Source of the DNA: Mytilus californianus
Taxonomy: Eukaryota
Direction of reading: 5' to 3'
Length of the DNA stretch: 64,000 nucleotides
Assembly (NCBI RefSeq): GCF_021869535.1
Contig: NW_026262690.1
Span: forward strand, 46,376,001 to 46,440,000
Made by a program: the position numbers and the translations under genes. Each line of letters starts with the position of its first letter. Positions within the stretch are counted from its first letter, which is position 1. The notes beneath the pieces were generated by a model. The model worked only from the letters and a program-made list of their open reading frames with translations. It was not told the origin of the DNA and did not search any database. This document shows positions 11,127 to 23,994 of this stretch, piece by piece.

Positions 11127-14100
11127 CTGAATAAAAAAAAAGATAGTTCAGTGAAACACTATGTTTAAGAGTAATTTCTTTCATACCTTATTTCAATCAG
11201 TCCTATTTTGTCCACCAAGATTTCTGGGAGAACCTAAGCGGTAAATAGGACGTTAAAAATTTAACGATAGTTTGTGTGAATGTTATTATTGATATTCATC
11301 AGATAGCGGTGTACAATGAATAAACACTAATAACAAAGACGAAGTTATAAAAGAACACGTATTCTGAGAGTATTGCATGGCAATACATAGTCCCCTGCCG
11401 GGTAAAAATTCATTTTACTGGAACAAAATGCTAACTTGTTCTATAACTTGTCATGGTGTAAACAAAAAGTAAATATCAGGTCAATATCTTCAAGCATGAC
11501 TAAAAACAGTGTGGACAACTGATTACATGAGTGAAAAAAACATTAGATATGATTAATAGTTCTCTAAAATTAGATATGATGTAATACAGTGTATATCTAT
11601 TTTCAAATTATAATCAAATATAATTAATAGTTCCAAATATTTTTTCTTTCATTTGTTACAAACTAATATAGATTTGTAGCTTATCTATAAAAGGTCAACA
11701 ACTTTTATCTACACAATGAAATGTATTGAAATATATACATTAATAAAAATAGATTATTATCATAATTTTTTTTATATCTATAGCATTCAGAAAATTAGTT
11801 TATACTAAATAACAAACACACCTGCCAAAAAAATCTTCAAATAATTTAACAAAGAATGCCTTTTAAAAAATGAGTTATCTCCCTTTGTACAGAAATATGG
11901 TTTAACATAGTACTCGAACATTAGATATGGTCCAGAGTTATGGTCCATAACTCTGGACTAAATCATCAGACCGGAACAAAATTCGAACTTGATCTATAAC
12001 TTGTCATGATAAAACTATGTATCAAATATCAAATCAATATCTTCAAGAACGAAGAAAAAAAGTGTGGAAAGCTGATTTGCCGGACTGACGGATGGACAGA
12101 TGGACAGATGGACAGACGGACAGACGGACGGACGAACGGAGTGCAAACCTAAAGTCCCTTCGACTTCGTCGGTAGGGGACTAAAAATGTGTGTTCAACGA
12201 ATTTATTCCAATATTTAATTAAACACAATAAAGTTAATGCAAATGTACATTATGACTAACAATTTTTGATATTGAATATCACATACCCGTCATTTTTATT
12301 GAAGCATCTTGGTCTGATAAGTTTATGCCAGAGAACACACAAAAGTAAACCTGTAGCTATTCCAATGGGTAGTCCAACAACACCGGCTATTAAATCATCT
12401 GTTGAAAACCCTTCTGTCTTAGGTTGTGGAAATGGTAACTTTACACGACGACCATTCAGTAAACACATACAGTGATTGTCATCATCAACACCACAACTCT
12501 GGTAGAAAACAGAAACATAAGTTAATAGTATGTATTAGATGTAAGCTTCTCATATCTGATGGGCGTTAGCTAGGAAGACATGAGACGATTACATCTGATT
12601 TACATGAAGTAATAAATAGATATTTTATCTTTTCTCTTGTTCTAAAAGAGCAATTAGTTGATAAAACAGGAAAAGTGTCATTACCTCAAATTTACCAGAT
12701 GCAGGGACACTTTCAGAAGATGTTTTGTAGTTATGGATTTGGAATGAAATCTTAATTTCGTCTATTTTTCTGTCATCATTTATCAATGCTTTTGTATGGC
12801 AATATGAATCGCTGTACTATCTTGTCTTTTTTGGGTTTAACTGCCAAAATCTGAAATTTTTGCTGATAAATGATAACACTTCTGTGTGAGATAAGATGAC
12901 ATTTGAAACTGCCCAGATGTACTGTGGATAGGGGATTTAAAAAAAGTATATGATAGGAATGTATTTGTAGGTTTTTTAATGACCTCCTTTAATTTAAGCA
13001 ATTTTCCATACTCAAAATCATCGTGACAAATCAGTAAATCATCAACAACAACAAATGTATGCAAATACGCTATTGAAATAGATATGGTGCAAATATTTGT
13101 AAAAATTATATTTGCACATGCGCTTAATTTGAGTCTTTTTTGTATTTGTTTTCCTTTTTTTAATACGATTTTAAATGTTCTTTAATTTTCAAATCTAATA
13201 TTTTCCATTATTATATTAGAGACGCAGTATGTATGAACTACAGTTATTTTAAGATTGAATGGATACTAGAAAAAAGAGGGTCCATGCACCAAGGGCCTGT
13301 ATTCTAAAGCACGAAAAATGAATATCTGACTGTCAATAATAAGAATCCAAGTAATCATTTTACCTCAGGTTGATATATTTCACAGTCTAGACCTATGTAC
13401 CCACTCGGACAGGAACATCTGTAACTATCTTTGTAGTTTGTACATACACCATTGTTAGCACATGGGTTTGGCTTACAAAAATCATGTGCTGTAAAAGAAG
13501 CGAAGAGTTTGTATTTATGGATAATAAATCACAAGATTAAAGAAATGTAAAATACATCAATTTTCGATACTAGTAATATAAAAGGTTTTTTTTTTTTAGC
13601 AATAATGGGTTTTCGGATTAATAGTAAGGATGTGTACGATTTGTATTGTGTTGTTTATAGTATATATATCTATAAAATGGGAAAATCATTAGTTTTACCT
13701 TAAACTATGCATTAACTTCTATATTATCAGGGTAAACATGGTTTTCGTTCTTTTTTTCTGTCACAGAAAAATCTATGGACACCGAACCTCTCCCTGTGCA
13801 ATGTAGAAGTCTGTCTTCAATGGAAGTTGGTGCTTATGATTATGTTAAATTTGTTCATTTTGAACAGTTTATATAAAAATATGGAGATCGTTTAGTTTAC
13901 TAGCGTTATCAATCATTGAAACTTCAAAAACTGAGCTATTTTGATAAATGTATGATGTAGATTATTTATGTGAACAAAACTTTCGACAACTACTAGCCAT
14001 CAAGCTAAGTTTTTTTTTACTAATAGTTTATGCTTTCTGGATTACAGTTGTCACTATTTTTTATTTCCAATGCTGTCAATATGTTTTGCACAGCAGCACT

Positions 14101-17100
14101 TATCAGAAAAAAGATAATTGCAGATTGTCGGATATAAGTCAGGGATCATTTTGAAAAAAAAAACATACTTACGAGTGCTACAGTTTTTGCCTTTGTATTC
14201 AATAGGACATTCGCAGAAGAAATCACCGACCATGTCTGTACAAGTCCCGCCGTTTTCACACGGGCTGCTGGCACACTCGTCCAAATCTGTGAATTTATGT
14301 ATATCTATGTTAAATTGAATAAAAAATGTTTGTGTATAGATATATACTTTTGTTATTAATTTTTGTAAACATTTTTAAAGACATTTTACTTTCCACCATT
14401 GATTTAAAAGTATCTTGAAACAACGTCATTGCAGTGTTTGTTAAATGATTCTTACCTATATTGCAGTTGTAACCAGTGTATCCAGGACCACACGAACAGG
14501 TATAACCTGTACTTGTTGATGTGCATGTTCCGAAGTTCTGACAAGGCGATGAGGCACAATAATCAATGGCTGCAAATAAGAGTAACATATAATTGTTTGT
14601 ATTGTTTAAACATGGTTCCTGCTAGTATTTTCTATGATTTAACGTCTTGTCCTATATACTTGATAATATAATCTTTGTTGTTAATAAGAAGTTGCCATTT
14701 ATTTATTTTATACAGCTAGAATTGATGAATGTCTTTTTTCAATACAATCGGACAATTCAAGCAGTCGGCAATCAGTCAAGCAACATAATCACGAATCATG
14801 CCTTGTAATAAGTTATTTCTGGATCATTCTTCCAAATTTTAGTAGTTTTTTTCATGTAGCTAACATGAAACCAGTATATTATAGGAACAAAATGTAGAGG
14901 TACTCACCTTGGCATTCGTTACCCATAAAACCAATTGGACAAAAACATTTATAATCACCAACTTGGTCCCAACAAGTGCCACCATTTTTACATGGAGAAC
15001 TTAAGCAATCATTAACATCTAAAAATATCAAAATGTGCATGAGTTATTACTGAAATATATGATAAATAAAAATGAAGCAAATTAGTAGACTAAATTGTAG
15101 TATTACTATTACTTGTCAGACACATATGTTTGTGTTTTAGGATAGAGAAATACTTTAACATATTCAATACAGGCGTTCTCATAATTAGTAAAATTATCAC
15201 AAAACATCACATAATAACATTGTAGCATCTAACCAATTTAATAATGTTTTAATGATTTTTCTTAAATTCTACTAATTTCTATGGCAGAGTTCCTTTCGTC
15301 ATTCAAATGTGTTATTATACTCATGAAATGTACAATTTACAAATAATAACTAATGTACCTATTGAACAGTTTCTGCCTTCATATTCCGGTGTACATGTGC
15401 ATACAAAGCTGTCCAACTGCACTTGACACGAACCTCCATGTTCACATGGGTTTGCCGTGCATGGGTCCTCCACTAAAATGATGATACAGTATCAATATTA
15501 TCAGTGATCTTGCACTAATAGTTTATATAGTAAAATCAAAGTTGATTTGGATGAAATTATGTATTTTTCTACTTTCAGCATTTGGTGTCGTTTACCCATA
15601 TACATCTTTTTTCATATAATGTTAGAATAACGCTTTATAAACTTGTTGCGTCCAAGTTGTTTGTTTGGATTAACCTTCATCAGAAACGCTCAAAACAAAA
15701 AAATCGAAAACCAATGATGTATGAGTTATAAATAATGGAGAAGCAACATAACCAAATGTGACATAAACAGAAGAGCCAACACAATCTAAGGTCAACTTTG
15801 GCTGATGGACTTGGAAACTTAGTTTCTAGGTAATTTCGAACTTTGTCGAAGGACTATTTATCTTTAAGGAATGCATGTCACGAGATTCTAACTTATGATA
15901 TAGAACTATGATCATATAGTATTCATTCGTATTACAGAGATCTGTAAAGTAACATACCTCCTGCTAAAAGTGTCAAACAATGTTGTTCGCTGTACAATCT
16001 GTTAAAAGAAAACAAATAGCAACTAGATTTTTTAAACTCTAGATTAAAATGATTTGTAACATATGTATTAATTTGATCCTCTCAACTGTCATGTTTAGTC
16101 GTCATATTTTCACATTTTGTTTATACATTTAAATAATTATGAGCTTATGTAACCATAATTGTATTGAAGCATTTTAAGTATTGCCAGCATGGTAAGCTTG
16201 AGGGTCAGCAAAATTTCTAAGAGCTTGTATCACACTCAGGGTAAAAACCCGAAAGTGACTGAAACATAGCCGATTTTAATACCAAACAGCGTAACTTTGA
16301 TACCTTTAATATTTTTCGACATTTTCCCATTGAGTCCATATAATTAAACTCTTATTCTAAACCATAAGGGTCAAACAAAAATTTCCGAAACAGTGTAAGG
16401 TAAACTTTACGTGAGGGAGTTATATCCTTATTCTAATAACGTTTATGACAAAGTTCCTGACTTACGGGACAGGCGCATACACTTGCCATTGGGTTAAACA
16501 AATCAAAATCCTAGACCGACGTCTTTCATTTACGACCACGTGCACAGTAAGACATATAATGGAGAATAAAAACGGGGAATGTGTCAAAGAGAAAACAATC
16601 CTACCAAAGTGCAGAAAACAGCACAAGGCCAATAATGGATCTTCAACGCAGCCAGAAAATTCCGCACCCGGAGCCGTGCTTCAGCTGGACACTAAACCAT
16701 AATGTATACTATTAGGAAAAAACAAAGGATATGGAGTATCCATCCATAACACAAAATCAGTATATAAACAGTAAAAAAAAAAACACTAAAAGCAAAGGAA
16801 CACCAAGATCATGACTACCCCTTTTACACTAAGAACTAACTGTCTGACTGGGATAAAGTTAACACGACCTTTTCAAGACCATCTTTAAAACAGCATAATG
16901 GCACTTACCCTCTATCGTCAACGGCCTGAAAACATATGATGTTTGTCGAGTATTGAATAGGTTTAGGTGTCCATGAAAACTCTGTGCTATATACCTGACC
17001 ACTTTCATTCTGTAATGGAGTATGTGCTGTGTCATATGGTACCGAGGTAACAATAGTTTGAATCCTGAAATAGATCGAAGTTGCATAAGTAGTAAAATTT

Positions 17101-20100
17101 AAGTACTAAAAAAAATCAATTAATTCCGTCGAGAAATCAGAATAATGCGCCTATAAATAAGAAATAATAAGGATGCAAGATACAATAGAAACCATAGGAA
17201 TATAACTCCATCAGCCTATAGTGGGTTAAAACATTGCATACAAGGTCAATCTGCAAAAATAATATCATGTTATTAATTTTTATTACTGTTTAGAACAACA
17301 GCAGTTTCCCCTGATATTATAACCCTTTTTTTCCAGATATGATAGTATACAAATATATCACCTATCATTTAATTCAATTACTGGATATGATAGGGTAAGC
17401 TTAAATCACTTAACAAATCCCAGTAACGACAAAATTTCAATGCAAACAATTTTGTCTTTTTTTTTAGTTTTTTTTTCTGTCACAACTTTACCTCACAGCT
17501 GGTGAATTAAATTTTGCGTATATTTTCTGTTTGAATGTGTCTCCTTTAGGAACAATAAACACTTGTCCATTTGGTGGAGTTGGGTTTTCTATTTGTGGAA
17601 TATCAGAACACGTTGTGGAAACTTTCACTGTCGTTACAACAAACTGGAAAGAAAGAAAAAAAAACAGCAGATAACATACGGCATTTTACTAAGAAAATAG
17701 CATGTTTATGTTGAATGTCAGATTATAATTTGTTATGAAGATTTGGAAGGTGGATCCCATTCAGACACATACCTGTAGTGGTACCTGACTCAGTGCAGTA
17801 TTTGGGTTAACAGTACTAGAACCAACTGTGATTGTGGTGTGTGGAGAATCTTCTACGGTCAACGTGATTATGTAGGTTCCATTATGGATAAATCCTGTAA
17901 CAGTCTTTGGTTGTATTGTTAAAATACATCTTTGCTGAAAACACAAGAAAAGAAAACGCATGCTTAGATAGGATGTGTATAAACGTTTCATATTCTACAA
18001 GAATATTTAATAAAAAAAAAACCAATACTCGATACCGTTGCTGGTGCAATATCAGTCCTCCAATAGCTCAGAAGTCAGTACTTCGTCACTGACATGATTT
18101 ATAACTTTTTAAAATTCTTCGTTGGTAAATTTAGAAAATTATTAGAAAACTTAGGTTCCAACTCCCTCAGGTAAACTAACCCTTATGTGGATTTGGTTAC
18201 TCTTTTTGTGTCCCTTTGATCATAGCAGTTTAATATTCAATAACTTATTACCCCATTAGGCTTCAAATTTTTGGGTATGAGCGTTCCTGATAATCTAGGA
18301 AAGCGCTTTATCGTCAAATTATCATCAAATTTATAAACTGTTATTTTCATCATTTAACCATTCGAATCTTAGTGCAATACAACCACTAAAAATAAAACAT
18401 TCGTCGTTCTGGTTTCCTTGCTGAAGCGAAATTGTCAGCTTAATATTCAATACAAACCGATGTCCTTTAAAGATTTCTAGCTAGGGTTTCGTGTGATTTT
18501 TTGCCTCTCTATCTCATCAACAATTCATGGACATAGTTACACTATGCTGAATACTTAACAGTCGAATATTTTAAAACATTTAATCTTATATTAATGCTTA
18601 CCGAATCTAGTTTTGATTCAGGTAGCCCATTACAAACGCCACCGCACTCTACACCAGCAGACCATCGACATGAGGTAACATCGCCATCCGGGTCATATAC
18701 TGGAAGCTGTATACTGGTAATACAGTCAAATGGTATTCTGGAATAACGAAAATGTTGTTAACTTCATCTCCATATGTATTAATTTGTGACCATTTGCTAG
18801 CTATAATACATTTTTGTTTTTGTTTGGTTTTGCGCATTGACAGCTTATTTTTACTTCGTTGAGTCATTATTTTATAAGACTGATATATTATATATATTTG
18901 TCTTTTTGGCTCCCAAATGTAAGAAAGATTATAAAATAATAGACGCATACGATCATGTAGACACAATAAACAAAAAACTATAAATAGTACCAAGGTTCTG
19001 TTCGTCTTTATTTTCGATCGAAATTCTTTTACGAAAGGGTAACAAACAAACAATGTCTGCATATATAATATACACGCTTTACAATTCGATTGACGACTAA
19101 AGAATTTTAACTCTAGCTAATCAAATAAGTCTGTGTGTAAAATGTCATTTCACAAAAACCTAGACCTCAGGTGGCCGATCTGTTAACAAATATTTGTACG
19201 TCAAGTCAAAGAATAGATTTGATTCCTCTGTAACTTTTTGAGATGAAAACTGGATCAATCAATAATACCGAGTATTACTTTTAAGATTGGTTTAGTCCGT
19301 TATAAATACAGTGGATCAATTAGAGGATATAACTTTTGCCATAATATATTAGAGCTACCATATTGCAATGTGAATAAATTAGAGTTTGCTTTTTACAGTT
19401 CTTTGGCACACAAAAAAAAAAAACAACCTTGAACAGAGTATACTGTTTTTTATATAACAGACGGTGCTTATTTGATGTTTTTTCTCAACAAATGCAATAC
19501 CTAGATTAAACACTAAACCCCAGATAATAAAACTTCTGCAATATACATGTATTTCAGCTTATAGGTTTCACTTCCTCAAATCTTTTTGACATCTAACATT
19601 GATATTAGACTTCTTTTTTTCAAAAATAGTATTATCATGTATTTCTGTATCACTCGTAACTTAATACTTTTACCTTAAATGAAACTTAAACACATCTCAT
19701 AATTTAAAAAAGCTTTTGTAATTAAACAGACATCAAATTAACCAAAACAAAATTCACATATGTACACTTTTTAAAGAATCATATGATCTGGACCATAACA
19801 TATCAATGCCAGATTGCTGGGAAAAGATGAATATATCTTATGACTGCCAAACGGTCAATACCAATTTTAGTGGGTTTTAAGTCCTTGAAGATATTATTCA
19901 AACGGTATATTATGATGTTGTCTCTATAAAAAAAAATGAACGTAAGTTCATTGTGTAAATCTTAAATCTTCATTTTTTTTCAGGCAAACAGTTTCATATG
20001 TTTTTGTTATATTTCAAACCTTTTTTTAGATCATCTTCCAAAAGATATCACGGTTTTAAACATCATTAACTTTGCAAGTTGTGAATCAGTTTGGGTCAAA

Positions 20101-23100
20101 CCTAGACTGAATAACACTGAGGTAGTCTATTGTCAATGGAATATGCTGGATGAACGTACAAATAAAGATGATTTAACAAACGTTTACCCTGCAGATGAAT
20201 TGGCACTCGTTATAGCTGAAAAAGTTTTCGCGACCAAATCAGAAAACGGTGGTACTTTAATGGAAACTATTGGCGAAATATTGTATAAATTCTTATAAAA
20301 AATGTATTCCTCCGGATTTGATCCGAAAAATTCCTGGGTGGTTCATTTCAGTCCACTAAATGATCATTGAGACATCATGCAAAACAGTTTTACAAAGGCT
20401 ATTATGAAATATATATACAATTGGAAATCAATCTGGCCTAAAATATCCTCAACCATAGTTACAGTAATAGGCAAAGGACAACTAATTTTACCCAATATAA
20501 AAATGAGGAGATGTGGTATGATTGCCAATGAGACCACTATCCACCAAAGTTCAAATGAAGTGGATGTAAACAATGATATGCAACCGTACGGACTTCAACA
20601 ATGAGAGAAACCCATACCGTATAATCGGCTATAAAAGACCCTATCATGAAAGATATGAAACAATTCAAATGAGAAAACTAAAGGCCTGGTTAATAACAAA
20701 ACAATTTACGAAAAAAATATGACAGACATGAACCAACGACAACTTCTGAACTACAGCCCCTGACTTGGGACAGGCACATAAAGAATGTGGCGGGGAAAAC
20801 ATGTTTGAAGGCGCCAACCTCTCATAACCCGGGACAGTGGTAAAACAGTACAACATAATAACAAACTATAAAAATCAGTTGAAAAGCTAGAGAGTGGAGG
20901 GGGTACTAGTATATAGTTATTCACCTGTCAGTCCGTCCGTCCATTAGTCATTTTTGTTCCTAATACTTTCATATACAATGTACTTTATATCGGATTGCAA
21001 CCCTACTTGGATTTATGTTCATATATGTATTGAGAGAAAGATTTATACTGAATTTGAGGTCAAACACTCAAAGGTCAATGTCATGATTACTAATAGAAAA
21101 TAGACCACAATTTGTACAAAAGCGGTTTTCGAATGGTAAATCAAAAACTTCATATGGGTTGCAACCTTACTTAAGGGTGTGTGTTCGCATATAATTAAAG
21201 GAAGATCCCAATTGATTTATGAGGTCATTACCCCAAAGGTGAATTTCAATGTTACTAAAGATAGACCAAATTTTGTGCAGAAAAATGGTTAAAAGATACT
21301 TAATAAAACTAATGATAGGTATGAAACCTTAGTGGTCATATATAGTTAAGAGGAATATCCCTATTAATTTTAAGGTCAAATATTTCAAAGTTCAAAGTCA
21401 TAATTACTAAGAAATAGACCGCAATTTGTGCCGTGGTGATTTCTAAATGCTAAATCATACAAAAACATTTATGATTTCAGTTTAAGGTAAAGAATCAAGG
21501 CCATTAGTTAATCAAAATGAAATGAGTGACATTATCTTTACAAACAATATATCATTAGCTAGAATGTTTGACTGAACAAAGTAAAATACAATAACAATTA
21601 CCTTTAAGTCAAAGGTCAAGGTCATAGGAAGACTAATATGACACTTTATGATTGTTAAATAAAAATCACCGTTTGAAATCAAAATGGACATTGATTATTA
21701 CATTGAAGGAGTATATCACAAAGCCAGTTAAGAAAATATGTTTGTGAAATTCTGTTATTGCGGTTCAAAATTGTATCGGATGACTCCCATCGACTCACCA
21801 AAATTGCCACGTAAATAAAAAGAAAAAAAAAAAAAAAAAAAAACAGTCAATAGTTATATATCATGGTATTTAGTTTATAGTATTATATGGAAAGTTGTAT
21901 GTACTTTTTTCTTCTTCAGCCAAAGCTAAAGAAAAATCCAAATGTCAAAAGATAAGTAGAACCTTATGGATACAATCTTATCTGTTTGATAGTTGAATGA
22001 CTAGAATCATTTTACTCACTGATACTTAGGTAACGAGGATGTTACTGGAGACGAATTTGGTCGCTTTGTATCACTTCTTATTCTGAGGTCAATAGTTGTT
22101 TGGATGTAAACATTTCCCGTTGATCCATAGTCGTGGTGTATCCAAGGATTCCCAGTATACCTAAAAGTATAATAAAAAATTTCACAATCTAATCTTAATT
22201 CATAAAACCTTACCAGATTTAATTAAGAACATTCGATAAAAATAGAAAATTAGCTATTTTCTGATGCTAACAGTCTTTCTTCGTATATACAAAGACGTTA
22301 TCTTCTACTAAGAAACAGTGTCGCTTTTCTGGTCGTCGTGAATACTTTTTCGACTATATTCATAGCTGTAACAATTTTCAGTTGTTTTCGTAGGTCTACA
22401 TCGTTTGCTTTCAGCGTTTTTTTTTATCGGATATCTTGTCTACTATCATTGCTGAACTACGAAGATATTTTTACTATCAATGATAAACCACGAAGGTTCG
22501 TTGTTCAGCTTTCATGGTTCAGGTTCAGGTTCGTGGTTCAGCAATGAATATCCGTTTAAAAACGTTGAAAGCAAATATGGACCTACGAAGGCTTATATCA
22601 TAGGACTAGTCTTTAAATATAAGAACACAAAAAAAATGTGGAATGACCATCAATGAATCTGCGAATAAAAAAATAAATGAAAAGACAAGTACTCACGACA
22701 CTATGAACTTGCCAGATGATGGAAATGTGTGACTGATGAATTCGTCACCTTGCTCCCAATCAGACTTTGAGTAAGATGCACAATGATAATTGAGATCTCC
22801 GTAAGTGATGTTCTGTGAAGGTGTACATCCGTGTGTACAGGCAAGACTATTACCTCCGACCAAACCACTAGCAAACGAACCAACAGGAACTGTGTCACCA
22901 CAACCAGGGCCTTTACCATACTGGAAACCATAACGTCCATGGAGGTTTACCTAACAAATCCGACAGAAAAAAATCGAATTCTATATTTTATCAGTATATT
23001 TCTATTAATCCTATAACTATTCTAATGGCTTTCATTTTGTCATCAGGCAATCTACTCCTGGCTTAATTTCAAATTTTTAATTGTGTTTTAACCGTCTAAG

Positions 23101-23994
23101 ATTATTTTAAAAGACCGTATAAATATAGTGCATGGTTATAAGTAATCTTCACCTACATTTTTGCTTCATATTTCATATGATTATTCCTAATAAATATTGT
23201 GAAGGTATTCGAATTTGATTTTTTACCAAGCAGGTGTTGAAAATCGCAGAATTGTTTGAATTCTAAATAATTATTTATTCTTTATTTTTTTTACATTTTG
23301 TTGAAAAAAATATAGAAAATTTCTGGACAAATTCAACATTGGGGTTTATGACTGTTCACATCTTTATACTATAGTCTATGGATAGTGGTCTCATGGTCAA
23401 TTATACCACATATCCCTTATCTTTATATTTATCGAGCAGATGCTTCTTATCTGTAAAATCTTTTAACCTTTTAATTTTGCAGCGTTGTTACAATGGAATA
23501 TTATTGTTGAAACGAAAAAAAGTTCTGGTTAAAATTTATTTCTCGTCGTTTACATCGATACCATTTGATATTCAGGGGAGGGGGAAAGGGAGGGGGTTGG
23601 ACTGAATATTCATTTTTACCTATTGCAAGACTCGCATATTTTTTTTTGGTTCTTAATTTTCTACCCAATAATTTCCTGCAGCTTGCTGTATTTAGGGAGT
23701 CAGAATAATCATTTTCATCCTGTCTTCGGAAAGATTATTCATCTTCAATTCTTACCATGTCGGACTTCAATTTCAAAATCCTCCTGTCAATGTTACTTAA
23801 AACAAAATAAAGTAGGGAATATTTCATAACTGAACACCTAACTCATCAATTGAACGTTTTCATTTTCATCTAGAATTTACCTGAGTGTTTAGTGGTAAGC
23901 CTATTGGTTCCCAACTCACAGTTCCACCTAGAAAATTGGCAAAAATTACTCGAAAATTCACTCCAACAAAAACAAGAAATGCTGTTAAATTCAT
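10943..23994 (-). CDS. Gene B (complete, 15 coding exons, 709 aa): signal peptide + Sib/integrin-beta-like-protein ectodomain + 5 EGF + Cx7CxC + TM + cytoplasmic tail
   Basis: All 15 exons have GT-AG boundaries with matching phases and join into one ORF (2130 nt incl. stop) from ATG at 23994 to TGA at 10943. Confidence 0.9.
11370..12185 (-). mobile_element. HINE/DINE-1-type element in the last intron of gene B
   Basis: TTTTTAGTCCCCTACCG 5' subTIR, (GTCC/GTCT)n microsatellite, CGGCAGGGGACTA 3' subTIR and GTATTGCCATGCAATAC hairpin. Confidence 0.8.
12287..12498 (-). CDS. Gene B Cx7CxC + transmembrane exon: [14 protein letters not shown]...[29 protein letters not shown]
   Basis: ctaccag / gtatgt, phase 0-2; hydrophobic helix followed by basic residues. 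Confidence 0.9.
13364..13488 (-). CDS. Gene B EGF 5 + linker: [41 protein letters not shown]
   Basis: ttacag / gtaaaa, phase 1-0. Confidence 0.9.
14173..14286 (-). CDS. Gene B EGF 4 (cbEGF): [38 protein letters not shown]
   Basis: 114 bp, phase 1-1; in ORF 14054-14284. Confidence 0.93.
14456..14569 (-). CDS. Gene B EGF 3: [39 protein letters not shown]
   Basis: 114 bp, phase 1-1; in ORF 14310-14588. Confidence 0.93.
   Translation of the reverse strand, partial: PLIIVPHRLVRTSEHAHQQVQVIPVRVVLDTLVTTAI
14908..15018 (-). CDS. Gene B EGF 2: [38 protein letters not shown]
   Basis: 111 bp, phase 1-1, ag / gtgagt. Confidence 0.92.
15359..15472 (-). CDS. Gene B EGF 1: [39 protein letters not shown]
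   Basis: 114 bp, phase 1-1, six-Cys EGF spacing. Confidence 0.92.
   Translation of the reverse strand, partial: WRTHARQTHVNMEVRVKCSWTALYAHVHRNMKAETVQ
15958..15998 (-). CDS. Gene B exon 8 (41 bp): [13 protein letters not shown]
   Basis: ttttaacag / gtatgt; supplies the required phase 2 to phase 1 bridge into the EGF exons. Confidence 0.8.
16909..17064 (-). CDS. Gene B exon 7: IQTIVTSVP...[23 protein letters not shown]
   Basis: tttcag / gtaagt, phase 2-2, WTP...ICFQA motif. Confidence 0.88.
17492..17643 (-). CDS. Gene B exon 6: [26 protein letters not shown]...KFNSPAV
   Basis: ttccag / gtaaag, phase 0-2. Confidence 0.85.
17773..17934 (-). CDS. Gene B exon 5: [10 protein letters not shown]...[13 protein letters not shown]...ALSQVPLQ
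   Basis: tttcag / gtatgt, phase 0-0; also in ORF 17761-17991. Confidence 0.9.
18602..18737 (-). CDS. Gene B exon 4: [45 protein letters not shown]
   Basis: ttccag / gtaagc, phase 2-0, carries the DPDGD..CRW...ECGGVC motif. Confidence 0.9.
19777..20298 (+). pseudogene. Candidate two-exon antisense coding remnant in gene B intron 3 (19777-19941 and 20030-20298), product unidentified
   Basis: Phase-matched C|gtaagt...tttttttag|AT intron. The downstream exon is about 89 open codons and protein-like; the upstream exon has an in-frame TAA at 19878. Confidence 0.35.
20501..20885. repeat. Abundant interspersed repeat (agatgtggtatgattgccaatgagac... family); related copies at about 8331-8710 (inverted), 25310-25735, 26530-26715, 47670-47745 and 51490-51530
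   Basis: Multiple homologous copies in both orientations. Confidence 0.75.
20890..21660 (+). mobile_element. Degraded HINE-like element with (GTCC)n head and ggtcaaaggtcaa internal repeats
   Basis: Microsatellite head and recurring internal units; termini eroded. Confidence 0.45.
22020..22160 (-). CDS. Gene B exon 3: YTGNPWIHH...[25 protein letters not shown]
   Basis: ttttag / gtgagt, phase 2-2, carries the RSDT..PNSSP motif. Confidence 0.9.
22697..22950 (-). CDS. Gene B exon 2: [19 protein letters not shown]...[31 protein letters not shown]
   Basis: ttgttag acceptor, gtgagt donor, phase 0-2, open frame. Confidence 0.9.
23881..23994 (-). CDS. Gene B exon 1: [38 protein letters not shown] (signal peptide + FxGGTVSW motif)
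   Basis: ATG, hydrophobic N-terminus, CAG|gtaaat donor, phase 0. Confidence 0.85.

Noticed and set aside
12685-13064. Extra gene B exon(s) between EGF 5 and the TM exon
   Set aside because: Frames contain stops or lack good acceptors. The 13364-to-12498 join is already in phase and matches the gene A exon structure.
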